NCBI GenBank assembly: GCA_964580995.1 | Contig: CAZOMV010000001.1 | Location: forward strand, 42,840 to 106,839 | Source: an uncultured Pirellulales bacterium | GTDB lineage: Bacteria; Planctomycetota; Phycisphaerae; Sedimentisphaerales; SM23-30 | Reading direction: 5' to 3' | Length of the DNA: 64,000 bases | In this document: positions 17,218 to 26,785 of the stretch, one piece after another | Layout of the letters: each line of letters begins with the position of its first letter | Position numbering within the stretch: the stretch's first letter is position 1 | Notes under the pieces: model-generated | Told to the model about the DNA's origin: nothing | The model's database searches: none | The model's input: only the letters and a program-made list of their open reading frames with translations | Position numbers and translations under genes: made by a program

Positions 17218-19533
17218 ATGGATCATGTAACCAAATATAATCCCCAGGCGTACCCTACGGATTATCCATCTTTGGAAGGCCCTGCCGGCTCTGCCGCACC
17301 ATCCCCGCTGGGGGTGCTGCGTGCCCTAAGCCGCCGCTGGTATATCGTTTTGCTGACTTTTGTGTTGCTGGCTGGGGCGGGCCTGCCGGCGGTCTGGTTT
17401 CTGGTGAAGCCGAAATATCAAGCCGCCGCCGCGATTCGGGTGGCCCCGATCATCCCCAGTATCCTCTTCAGTGACAAGGATTCGGAAGGGGTCATTCCGA
17501 TGTACGAAAGTTTCATGAATACCCAGGCCGATATTATCGTCAGCGACCAGGTGGTGCAGCGGGTGGCGGATGAGCTGGGGGATAAAAAGCTCTCTTTGTT
17601 TGAGGAAAACGATCTGATTGCCCGTTACATTACTAAAAAAGAAGTCAAGACCATCAATCCCGTGGTGGCCCTCAAGCAGGCGGTCCAGGACGGAGTGATT
17701 GCGGTCATACCCGGCCGCAAAAGCGAGCTGATCAAGATTACCATGGATAGCCTCAATGCCAGAGAAGCCGAGCAGGTGGTGGATGCCTTTGTCCGGGCCT
17801 ATATGAACATCGAAGGTTCCCGCTCTGCCCAGGGAGGCAATCAGAATATCGAGGTTCTGGAAAACGAACGCAAGGTGATCCAGGAGAAAATTCAGCGGCA
17901 GCAGGAAACGATCCGGAAAATGGGGGAGGAATATGGCACGATCGCCCTGACCGGCCGGCAGGATATGATGCTGGCCCGGGTTTCTGACCTGCGCCAGCAG
18001 TTGACCCAGATCGAATCGAGGAAACTGGCCTTGCAGTCGCTGGTCCAGCTTTCCGAACAGACCAAGGGCCAGACTATTCTGCCGGAGAAACTTTTGGAAC
18101 GGCGTTATGATTTTATTAATAGCGATCCCACCTTACAAATGCTGACCCAGCGGGTGGCCCAGCTCGAAGAGAGCCTGGTAATGGCCGAGCAGACCCTGGC
18201 CCCGACCAATCCGGAAATCCAGGAGCAAACGAAGATTTTAGAGGCTTTTAAGGAACGGGCCAAAAAACAGCGCGAGGATCTGGAAAAAACCTTCGATGAC
18301 ATGGTAGCCAAGGAGCTTACCGAGAACAGCCAGATGCAACTGGATAAGGCAAAGGCCGAACTGGAACAGATTGTCGTGCAGGAGAATATCCTGCGGGATA
18401 ATCTGGCCAAGGAAAATGCCGACACCATTGAAGTGGGGCGGAAACAATTGGCGATCCAGGAACAGCAGGACCAGCTGGCCATGAATCAGGAATTGTATGA
18501 AACGATCCGCCGCCGCATCCAGGAATTGGAGGTGGAGCGGAAACGGCCCGCCCGCATTTCGGTGGCCTTTAATGCCTCCAGCATGCCCATGCCGAGTAAG
18601 CGGATCAAACTCCTGGCTGCCGTACTGTTCGGGGCCCTGGCCGGCGGGATGTTCCTGGCCTTCTTACGCGACAAGGCCGATAAAAACATGTACACCCCGG
18701 AGGATATTGTTCGCTCGATTGGGGTGGCCGTGGTGGGTACCACGACTGCTCAAATGAACCAGAAAGACAAAGCGGCGGCCCGCCAGCAGATCGTCAGTGA
18801 TTATCAAACCATCCGCTCCAACCTGCGATTGCTCAGCGACGGCCGGATCCCCAAAATCCTGGTGGTCACCAGTCCGGGGATGGGGGAAGGGAAAACCACC
18901 CTGTCCACCAACCTGGCCTTGAGTCTGGCCCAGGCCGGCGATAAAGTTCTGCTGATCGACGGGGATTTACGCAAGCCGGATATCGCCCGTTTATTGAAAC
19001 TGCCGGAGTGTTTCTGGGGCTTGCAGGATGTCTTGCTGGGCTTGCGGAAGTGGGAAGAGGCCATCCATACCCTTCCCGAAAGCGGTTTGCAGGTAATGAT
19101 TGCCGACCGGCGAAATAATGGCCAGGCCATAGAGCAGCTTTCAAGACCGGAGACCGCGGATATTATCCGGCAGATCAGTCAGAAATACGATCATGTGATT
19201 ATTGATACGCCTCCGGTCCTGGCTATTCCGGATGCCTTGCAATGGTCAAGAATCGCCGATGCCGTGGTTATCAGCAGTTTGTCGGGTCGGTCCAACCGTG
19301 CGGAGTTGCAGGAAACCTTTCAGCGGCTCTCCCAGATCCATGCCCGGATCCTGGGGAATGTTCTTGCCAATGTGCCGTTCCGCCACAGCTACAGTCGGTA
19401 TGGATATGGCTATGGGTATGGACACGGCGATAACAACCAGACCCCTCCTGACGACAAACAAATCGATATGAGACAACTGATGCTCTTACTCCAACCGCAA
19501 GAGCAGAATTCGGATGCTCCGGTTTCCCGATAG
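17218..19533 (+). CDS. Polysaccharide chain-length determinant (Wzz/GumC-like) fused to BY-type tyrosine autokinase
   Basis: Two TM segments flank a long coiled periplasmic region. Walker A SPGMGEGKTT, A' LIDGDLRKP and B VIIDTPP are present, with a C-terminal Tyr cluster SYSRYGYGYGYGHG. The ATG at 17218 follows AAGGGAGA; the track's ORF starts at the TTG at 17197. Confidence 0.88.
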   Translation: MDHVTKYNPQAYPTDYPSLEGPAGSAAPSPLGVLRALSRRWYIVLLTFVLLAGAGLPAVWFLVKPKYQAAAAIRVAPIIPSILFSDKDSEGVIPMYESFMNTQADIIVSDQVVQRVADELGDKKLSLFEENDLIARYITKKEVKTINPVVALKQAVQDGVIAVIPGRKSELIKITMDSLNAREAEQVVDAFVRAYMNIEGSRSAQGGNQNIEVLENERKVIQEKIQRQQETIRKMGEEYGTIALTGRQDMMLARVSDLRQQLTQIESRKLALQSLVQLSEQTKGQTILPEKLLERRYDFINSDPTLQMLTQRVAQLEESLVMAEQTLAPTNPEIQEQTKILEAFKERAKKQREDLEKTFDDMVAKELTENSQMQLDKAKAELEQIVVQENILRDNLAKENADTIEVGRKQLAIQEQQDQLAMNQELYETIRRRIQELEVERKRPARISVAFNASSMPMPSKRIKLLAAVLFGALAGGMFLAFLRDKADKNMYTPEDIVRSIGVAVVGTTTAQMNQKDKAAARQQIVSDYQTIRSNLRLLSDGRIPKILVVTSPGMGEGKTTLSTNLALSLAQAGDKVLLIDGDLRKPDIARLLKLPECFWGLQDVLLGLRKWEEAIHTLPESGLQVMIADRRNNGQAIEQLSRPETADIIRQISQKYDHVIIDTPPVLAIPDALQWSRIADAVVISSLSGRSNRAELQETFQRLSQIHARILGNVLANVPFRHSYSRYGYGYGYGHGDNNQTPPDDKQIDMRQLMLLLQPQEQNSDAPVSR

Positions 19534-21226
19534 CCAAACGTCTTGTCCAATGCAGCAAATTGTAATTCATAGAAAAGATTTCCCTGAATCCCCCAGTGGT
19601 ATCCTGCGCACGGTTTTGTCCAGTGAATCCCTGGCCGCCCTGACTCTGGCGGGTCTTCGAAAACTGCATTCTCTGGATGGTTTCCCCAAGAACCCTCTTT
19701 TTGTAATACCTCGGCAATGGCAGGGCAAACCCGTCTCGGATCAAGCCCGAATTCAATATTACGAGCAAACGATACCTGTTATGCCGCCGGGGAGAAAGCA
19801 CGGGAAAACCGGCCCCTGGCAGATCATCACCAATGGCCGTTATGTTACGGATATCGATGCCCAATGGCTTTTTGATATGGTCAATGATTTGGATGCTCCG
19901 GTGCTGGCGGTCCAGGCCGATTCGGAACTAACCGCCTTCCGGGAAAAAATACGTTTTACTTCCCAGGGTACGATCGCGGGTTTCCGCCGCTGGTATGCGG
20001 ATACGGCCAAAGAATGTGCCGTGCCGGCGGATTGGCCGCCGCATTTTCTGGTGAAGGCCGATATCCTTCCGAAATTGCTGGTGGATGGAACCCTTCCCCT
20101 GCATTTCTCCGAGGTTGTATCCCGGTGTACCGCCCAGTCCTTGCCCCTGCGCAGTATTCGGCTGGCTGGTGTTACGCTGGATCTGGAAACCGAGGAAGGT
20201 TTTCTTGCCTTGATCGATCATTACTTCAGGACTGCCTGGCCGAAAATAGCGCGGCGAATTCCCTCGCCTCCGGCAAACCAGGCAAACATAGACGATTCGG
20301 TGCGTATCTTCGGTAATGTCTGGATCGGTCAGGAGGTGTGCATTCGTCCCGGGGTCATACTCATTGGTCCGGCGGTGATTGGGGATCGGGTGGAACTGGG
20401 CGCGGGTGTTACTATCCAATCCTCCGTAGTAGGCCCCGGCCTTACGGTGCCTGAAAACTATTTTATAAAGAACCGGGTCCTTACCCGAGATCTCCCCGTC
20501 GGGGATAAACTCTCCCCAGCTTCTCCGGTACGGGGATCCCGCCGATTTCACCTTCTCGCCCGGGCGTTTAACCAAAAAAAACGGCAGGATACCTTTCGTA
20601 CCTGGCCCCGCATTTCCTATGCCGCTATCGGGAAACCCGTGCTTGATAGGGCGGCGGCCCTGCTGATCCTCCTGCTCTTTGTCCCTGTTCTTCCGTTTAT
20701 AGCCCTGGCCGTGAAACTTTCCTCACCCGGGCCGGTCTTTTTCCGGCACAAGCGGCAGGGATTGCACGGGAAAGAGTTCGGCTGCCTGAAATTCCGTACC
20801 ATGATCCAGGGGGCGGACGATCTCCAGCGAAAACTCCGCAAGATCAGCCAGGTGGACGGCCCCCAGTTCAAAATAGACGATGATCCGCGGGTCAGCCCGG
20901 TCGGAAAATTTCTGCGGGATACCTATCTGGATGAGATTCCGCAATTTTTCAATGTTCTGCTGGGCCAGATGAGCCTGATCGGCCCCCGGCCCTCCCCGGT
21001 CCCGGAAAATACCTTGTGCCCACCCTGGCGCGATGCGCGGTTATCCGTGCGGCCGGGTGTCACCGGTCTCTGGCAGATATGCCGTACCCGCCAGGACGGG
21101 CAGGATTTTCAGGAGTGGATCCATTACGATATAAAATATGTCAAAAATCTCTCCTTCCGTCTGGATGGGTGGATTTTTTGGCAGACCGTCAAAAAAATGG
21201 TCAAAGAATTTGCCCGGCAATTCTGA
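19514..21226 (+). CDS. Priming sugar transferase (bacterial sugar transferase/WbaP-EpsB type) with a long N-terminal extension containing an LbH domain
   Basis: C-terminal motifs: PGPVFFRHKRQGLHGKEFGCLKFRTM...DEIPQFFNVLLGQMSLIGPRP. N-terminal hexapeptide repeats: VRIFGNVWIGQEVCIRPGVILIGPAVIGDRVELGAGVTIQSSVVGPG. Alternative ATG at 19550. Confidence 0.85.
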   Translation: MLRFPDSQTSCPMQQIVIHRKDFPESPSGILRTVLSSESLAALTLAGLRKLHSLDGFPKNPLFVIPRQWQGKPVSDQARIQYYEQTIPVMPPGRKHGKTGPWQIITNGRYVTDIDAQWLFDMVNDLDAPVLAVQADSELTAFREKIRFTSQGTIAGFRRWYADTAKECAVPADWPPHFLVKADILPKLLVDGTLPLHFSEVVSRCTAQSLPLRSIRLAGVTLDLETEEGFLALIDHYFRTAWPKIARRIPSPPANQANIDDSVRIFGNVWIGQEVCIRPGVILIGPAVIGDRVELGAGVTIQSSVVGPGLTVPENYFIKNRVLTRDLPVGDKLSPASPVRGSRRFHLLARAFNQKKRQDTFRTWPRISYAAIGKPVLDRAAALLILLLFVPVLPFIALAVKLSSPGPVFFRHKRQGLHGKEFGCLKFRTMIQGADDLQRKLRKISQVDGPQFKIDDDPRVSPVGKFLRDTYLDEIPQFFNVLLGQMSLIGPRPSPVPENTLCPPWRDARLSVRPGVTGLWQICRTRQDGQDFQEWIHYDIKYVKNLSFRLDGWIFWQTVKKMVKEFARQF

Positions 21227-21274
21227 AAAACAAGCGATTGGAAAAATTTTACTCATAGAATAGCGAGGTTTGTT

Positions 21275-24200
21275 ATGGCCAAAAGGCGCTTGAATTGGAA
21301 ATTTGTAATAGTACTGGTCCTGGCTTTCGCGGTGCTCGGAGTTACCGCCTATGCCCTGCGGCAGTGGAACCGCAGCCGCCGGGCGGTAAAGGCACTCGAG
21401 TTGGGTACGAAAATGTATGAAGAGGGAAACTGGGAACAGGCAGCCCAGAATCTGGGACGCTGTATTTCCGTTATGCCGGACAATGTTCCCATATTAATGA
21501 AATATGCCGATGCCCAACTGAATATCCGGCCGTTGAAGCAGGCCCATATTCAGCAGGCCATCGGGGCCTACCGGCAGGTGATACGTGTGGATAAAAGCAA
21601 TACCGAAGCGGCGGAAAAACTGGTGGATATCTATTTGCAGATGAATGTCCCGACCGAGGCGGAGTTTATCGTGCGGGAGTCGCTCAAAACCAGTGATACC
21701 CCCGGTTTTCGCCGCCGGCTGGCCGTGGCCCTGATTCAGCAGCGGAAGTTTCAGGAAGCGGCGGCGGAATTAACGGGGATCATCGAAAAATACCCGCAGG
21801 AAATTCTGGCCTATGAAATCATGGGACAACTGGCCCAGCAGCGGCCGCAGGATGTTTCTACTCCCTCCGAAACCTACTTCCAGAATGCCGTCAAGAACAA
21901 TCCGGAATTACCCTATGCCTATATCATCCGGGCTTCGTATTATCTGCGGCAACAGGACCGGGACCGGGCACAAGCGGACCTGGCGGCGGCGGAGAAAATG
22001 AACCTGTCCGATCCGCAGGTGAAGATGCGTTTGATTCAGGAATACATTCTGTTAAACGATCTGGAAAAGGCGAAAGGATTGCTCTCGGAACTGCAAGCGG
22101 AAAATCCAAAAGACCCTGCCTTGTGGCAAGCCTGGTCCCAGCTTGCCCTGCGCTCCGGTTCGAAGGAGGAGATGGTGCGGGTTGCCCAGGAGGGAGTACA
22201 GGCGCTGGACACCCGGAAATGGGATTTTCTGCCCACCGCGATTGATTTGCTGTTCCAGGCGGAGCAGCGGGATCAGGCTCTTCCCTATATGGAGATGCTG
22301 CGGGAAAAAGAAGTATTCCCGGCCGTCCTGGCCTACTTTGATGGTGTCAACGCCTCCCTGCAAAATCAGGACTACCAGGCGATTCAGTATTGGCGGCAGG
22401 CCCTGCAGTTGGGGAACAATTCGGCCCAGTTGCGGTTTCGGCTGGCGGATGCCCTGGAACGAACAGGCAACCTGCCGGAGGCTCTCCAGCAGCTACGGAC
22501 TCTGGTGACTGAGCAGCCGGATTCGTATCAGGCGCACTGGCAATACGCCCAAATGCTGAGCCGGGCGGGCAAATGGACCGAGGCGGCCGAACAGGTGCAG
22601 TTGGCACAGCAGATCACACCGGATCGCCTGGATGCCGTTATTTTGGCCATCCAAATCAAAATGCAAATCTTACTGCAGGGTGGATTGGAACCCGGTGATC
22701 CGCAGTGGCAGACGCTGGCCCAGCAATTGCAACAGGTAAAACAGGCCGCTCCGGAATCGCAAGCCGTGCAACTGGCGGATTTTCGGCTGGCGGTGATTTT
22801 ACAGCAGTATGACCGGGCAAAAACTATCCTGGAGGACATGAAACAAGCGGATCCTGCCAGTATTCAGGTGGCTATGGCCCAACTGGAATTGCTGAGCAGC
22901 CAGGGCCAGACCGAGCAACTCGAACCTGCTTTGCGAACCATCGTTCAGGAGCATCCCCAATCCCTGCCCCCCGTCAAAGCCCTGGCGAGTTTATTGTTCC
23001 AACAGGGCAACCAGGCCGCCGGAGAAAAGGTGATTCAGGAGGCACGGGGCCGCATCAATTCCACGCAGGCCCAGCGGGAACTGGGAATGTTGCTGGCGGA
23101 TTTATACCGCTCTCAGGATAAAAAGGATCAGGCCGCTGCCGTACTGAAGGAACTGTCCGGCCAATTGCCCCAGGATATTTCCATCCTGCGGCAGATGCTG
23201 AATGATAAGCTGAATGATAAGCTGAATGATAAGCTGAATGATAAGCTGAATGATAAAGAGACCCGGGATAACCTTTCCCAGGCACAGGATCTGGTGGACA
23301 AGATTAAAAAACTGGAAGGCCAGGACGGCTGGCAATGGCGCTACGAGCAGGCAAAACTTTGGCTTGGCAGCCAGGATTTTTCGTCCAATTATGCCGCTAC
23401 GGTTTCCCTGTTAAAAGAAAATCTGCAAGCCCGTCCGGATGATAATGCCAGCCGAATTCTATTGGCGACCGCCTATGAACAGGCGGGCGACCAGCAATTG
23501 GCGCTTTCCACCTACCGGGAGGCATACAATCGTTCCCCGCGGGATTTGACGGTCATCGTGCCGACGGTGGCCGCCCTCAATAAAGCCGGGGAATTCAATG
23601 AGGCCAATGAAATACTCAATCGTACCGCCCAGCAGAAATTTAACCATCCGATTCTCTCTACGCTTCGTTTTCAAAATTATATCGGTCTGGGAGAACTGGA
23701 CTCCGGTGTGAACATTCTGCAGGATTTGCTCAAAGACGATCCCGCTAACCAGAAAATCCGTCTCCAGATCGCCTTGCTGAAAATGCAGCAGGAAAAATGG
23801 CAGGAGGCGGAAACCCTGCTGAATCAGTTGCGAACGGATACCCCCGATTCGCTGCCGGTGCTGGCGGCCCTTATCGAATTGCGCATTAAACAGGGACAGT
23901 CTGAAGAGGCTATCCGGTTCAGCAACGAACTGGTTGAAAAACAAAAGGATGCCACTGCCTATCTGGTGCGGGCCCAGACCTATGCGATGCTCCAAAAACC
24001 GGATCTGGCGGAAAAAGATTTCCAGCAGGCGGTGGCTCTGGACCCTGCCAATGTGGATACCCAGATCCTCCTGTGCGAATTTTACCGGTCCCAGGGGAAA
24101 GGACCCCAGGCTATCGCCGCCATGGAAAAAGTTCTGTCCCAGGAACCGGACAACCTGAGAGCTAAAAAACTGGCCATCACCCTTTTGAGGAGTTCTCCGG

Positions 24201-25492
24201 ATTCCCAGCAGGCCCTTCGAGGAAAAACGCTGCTGGAGACAACCCTGGCGGCGAATCCCGAGGATGTGGAATTGCGCCTGTACAAGACCTCATCTCTGTT
24301 GGCTGCCGGCACCCAGCCGGCCATTGTCGAGGCAACCGCCATCTTGCAGAAGATTACCGAAGACCATCCGGAATCGGCGGACGGCTGGCGGCTTCTGGGA
24401 GAACTGGCCTTCCAGCAGGGGCAGCCCGACAAGGGGATTGGTCTGGCGTTGCGGGGTCTGGCTTCCTCTCCCAACCATAAAGAACTTCTTCTGCTCAAGG
24501 CCCGCTGCGAAGGGTATCAAACCCCTTCTTTGGCGATTCCTACCCTGAGCAACTTGCATCAATTGTATCCGAAGGATGCGGACATTACCTTATCCCTGGC
24601 CCGTGTCCAGATGATCTCCGGCAGTCCCGATCAGGCGATCACCCTCCTCGAAAAGGAACTGGCCGCCTGTCAGGAGTCCGACCGCCGCAATCTTACGATC
24701 GCCCTCTGGGAGGCCAGATATCACAACGGGGATACGGAGAATGCCTTGCAGCAGTTGGATGCCATGGCCACCGCCGAACCGGACAATCCCATTCCTCTGC
24801 TGACCCAGGCCCGCTTGCTGCGGGAGGATCAGAAGGGGGACGAACTGGCGGCCAAAGCAGTCCGGTGGTATGAGTCCAGTCCAAAAGGAGCGGAGTTGTT
24901 GCTGACGATTACCAACGAACTGAGGGCCGCTGCGGGGGAAAGGAATCTCAAAACCGCCGAGCAAATTCTGCGGTTTTTGCTGAGTAAAGAACCTGCCCAG
25001 GCCGTTGCGGTCGAGTCCCTGGCAACCCTGTTAAATTCCCTGAACCGGATTGACGAATCGGCGGAATTGTACCAAAGGCTTCTCGATCTTACCCCCGATA
25101 ATGCCATCGCCATCAACAATCTTGCCTGGATTCTGAGCGAATATCAGAATAAATACCAGGAGGCCCTGGCGCTGGCCCAGCGGGGCCTGCAGCTCAAACC
25201 GGATTATCTGGATCTGATGGATACCCGCGGCGTCATTTATTCCCGGCTGGGGGAATACGACAAAGCCATTCTCGACTTCAATAAATGTATTGAGTTGTAT
25301 CCGGCCCAGTCGCAGGGAATTGTGGGGTCCTATCTTCATCTGGGCCGGGCTTTGGCCGCTCTGGGGCAAAAACAGGAAGCCTTGCAAAAGATACAGCAGG
25401 CATTGGAATTAAATAAAACCAATGGTGGGTTATCTCCAGGGGATGTTACAGGAGCTCAACAATTGTGCGATAAACTATCGCAGGGAGAATGA
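21275..25492 (+). CDS. Giant TPR-repeat protein with N-terminal membrane anchor (PrsT-like, PEP-CTERM-locus TPR protein)
   Basis: 1405 aa. The N-terminus has a TM segment (WKFVIVLVLAFAVLGVTAYAL), and TPR-like A/L/Y/Q-rich 34-aa periodicity runs throughout. Confidence 0.85.
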   Translation: MAKRRLNWKFVIVLVLAFAVLGVTAYALRQWNRSRRAVKALELGTKMYEEGNWEQAAQNLGRCISVMPDNVPILMKYADAQLNIRPLKQAHIQQAIGAYRQVIRVDKSNTEAAEKLVDIYLQMNVPTEAEFIVRESLKTSDTPGFRRRLAVALIQQRKFQEAAAELTGIIEKYPQEILAYEIMGQLAQQRPQDVSTPSETYFQNAVKNNPELPYAYIIRASYYLRQQDRDRAQADLAAAEKMNLSDPQVKMRLIQEYILLNDLEKAKGLLSELQAENPKDPALWQAWSQLALRSGSKEEMVRVAQEGVQALDTRKWDFLPTAIDLLFQAEQRDQALPYMEMLREKEVFPAVLAYFDGVNASLQNQDYQAIQYWRQALQLGNNSAQLRFRLADALERTGNLPEALQQLRTLVTEQPDSYQAHWQYAQMLSRAGKWTEAAEQVQLAQQITPDRLDAVILAIQIKMQILLQGGLEPGDPQWQTLAQQLQQVKQAAPESQAVQLADFRLAVILQQYDRAKTILEDMKQADPASIQVAMAQLELLSSQGQTEQLEPALRTIVQEHPQSLPPVKALASLLFQQGNQAAGEKVIQEARGRINSTQAQRELGMLLADLYRSQDKKDQAAAVLKELSGQLPQDISILRQMLNDKLNDKLNDKLNDKLNDKETRDNLSQAQDLVDKIKKLEGQDGWQWRYEQAKLWLGSQDFSSNYAATVSLLKENLQARPDDNASRILLATAYEQAGDQQLALSTYREAYNRSPRDLTVIVPTVAALNKAGEFNEANEILNRTAQQKFNHPILSTLRFQNYIGLGELDSGVNILQDLLKDDPANQKIRLQIALLKMQQEKWQEAETLLNQLRTDTPDSLPVLAALIELRIKQGQSEEAIRFSNELVEKQKDATAYLVRAQTYAMLQKPDLAEKDFQQAVALDPANVDTQILLCEFYRSQGKGPQAIAAMEKVLSQEPDNLRAKKLAITLLRSSPDSQQALRGKTLLETTLAANPEDVELRLYKTSSLLAAGTQPAIVEATAILQKITEDHPESADGWRLLGELAFQQGQPDKGIGLALRGLASSPNHKELLLLKARCEGYQTPSLAIPTLSNLHQLYPKDADITLSLARVQMISGSPDQAITLLEKELAACQESDRRNLTIALWEARYHNGDTENALQQLDAMATAEPDNPIPLLTQARLLREDQKGDELAAKAVRWYESSPKGAELLLTITNELRAAAGERNLKTAEQILRFLLSKEPAQAVAVESLATLLNSLNRIDESAELYQRLLDLTPDNAIAINNLAWILSEYQNKYQEALALAQRGLQLKPDYLDLMDTRGVIYSRLGEYDKAILDFNKCIELYPAQSQGIVGSYLHLGRALAALGQKQEALQKIQQALELNKTNGGLSPGDVTGAQQLCDKLSQGE
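23198..23257 (+). repeat. Perfect 12-nt tandem repeat x5 (ctgaatgataag) encoding (LNDK)5
   Basis: Read directly. The last unit ends in aaa instead of aag. Confidence 0.95.
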
Positions 25493-25830
25493 GTATGACC
25501 CAATTCCGCCATCACCTACCAAACAATCCCTTTTCCCAGGAATCGGCCCCCAAGCAACCTCAGATCTCGTTGCTCACCGAAAAACAATGGGCGCAGGTAA
25601 AAAAACGCTTCAAGATGACACCCAGAGAATACCAGATCGCCCGGCTCGTATGCAGCGGTATGGGAAACGAAGAAATCGCGGAAAAATTACAGGTAATGCT
25701 GGGTACGGTGAAAACCCATATCCGGAATATCTATCGCAAAACCTGGGTTAATAACAAAATTTCCATGCTCTTGCGATTTGCCGAAGAAACCCCGGAAATA
25801 GATATTGTCTCACAAGATGTTCGCTGTTAA
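25489..25830 (+). CDS. LuxR/GerE-type HTH transcriptional regulator (EpsA-like position)
   Basis: TPREYQIARLVCSGMGNEEIAEKLQVMLGTVKTHIRNIYRK. ATGA overlap with the TPR gene. Confidence 0.8.
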   Translation: MSMTQFRHHLPNNPFSQESAPKQPQISLLTEKQWAQVKKRFKMTPREYQIARLVCSGMGNEEIAEKLQVMLGTVKTHIRNIYRKTWVNNKISMLLRFAEETPEIDIVSQDVRC

Positions 25831-25849
25831 TAAAACCAGCGGTTCTCCC

Positions 25850-26695
25850 TCAGTTTTTGGGGGTCCCCACTAACCTTCCCTTTTCCCGGAGAGGCTGGTT
25901 TCGCCACTCTCCAATCCCATCCCACCACAGGGATATCCAATCGATGGCAGGCTCTGTGCCGCAAGTTTTTCGCAGATGCTCCCGCGCCATCTTGTGAAGC
26001 TGCTGCATGCAGTCCAGCCCTCCCATCTGCCAGGCCTGCACCCCAATATCAACCACTTCACCCTCTCTTTCCTGCACCTCATTTCCATTCTCCAAAATCA
26101 GCTCGGTAAGCTTACAGGAGAGAGGCTCCAGCTTTTTCTGGTAGTCGCTCTGCAATTCTTTTTCCTCCAGGTCAATCTGTTGCAGTAAAAGCTGCTTCTG
26201 CTGCTGTTCTTTTTCCTTTTCCCGGCGGGCCGCTTCCAGGCGTTCTTTGCGGAGCCGTCGGCTGGCTGGCAGGGTAGTTTCGATCAGGCCCAGAGTGGGA
26301 TCAAGAAGGATCCAGACCACAAACGTCGCACCTATGGAGCCATAGGAAATCCCCAGCAGGCACTGGGTGATATCATTCATGCCGATGATTCCCGCTATCC
26401 CTGCCAGACCGCCCAATAAAGGGGTCATGTAATAGAATACGATATAATATTCCGTGCTGGTCAGCGGATGTTCCAATTTGATGATCTGGCTTCTTGAGGA
26501 AGACCGGTAAATCGCGACCAGATACAGGCTCACCACCAGGAAAAACAGGACTGCCGATTGGCCCGATAAGGAAAAAATCACCCACCACTGCACCCCCGCC
26601 TGGCGCAGGGCCAGGATCAGGATATAACCGACACACAGCCCAAACCAGACGGTGTTAAGCAGGTGAATCAATTTTAGAAAACGCTGTTTTTCCAT
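25850..26695 (-). CDS. Membrane protein with C-terminal coiled-coil/cytoplasmic domain, unknown function
   Basis: 281 aa with about 5 hydrophobic segments followed by an E/K/Q-rich coil (RKERLEAARREKEKEQQQKQLLLQQ). A perfect consensus promoter lies upstream. Confidence 0.55.
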   Translation of the reverse strand: MEKQRFLKLIHLLNTVWFGLCVGYILILALRQAGVQWWVIFSLSGQSAVLFFLVVSLYLVAIYRSSSRSQIIKLEHPLTSTEYYIVFYYMTPLLGGLAGIAGIIGMNDITQCLLGISYGSIGATFVVWILLDPTLGLIETTLPASRRLRKERLEAARREKEKEQQQKQLLLQQIDLEEKELQSDYQKKLEPLSCKLTELILENGNEVQEREGEVVDIGVQAWQMGGLDCMQQLHKMAREHLRKTCGTEPAIDWISLWWDGIGEWRNQPLREKGRLVGTPKN

Positions 26696-26730
26696 GGACA
26701 GATATTGCCTTACCGATTAGCACAACCTAA

Positions 26731-26759
26731 ATTATACTAATTCCTGCGTGATTTGTCAA
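26731..26759 (-). promoter_or_regulatory. Consensus sigma70 promoter (TTGACA-17-TATAAT)
   Basis: On the minus strand, TTGACA lies at 26759-26754 and TATAAT at 26736-26731, about 35 nt upstream of the ATG at 26695. Confidence 0.6.
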
Positions 26760-26785
26760 GAATTTAGTTTTGTGGAAAGGTACCA

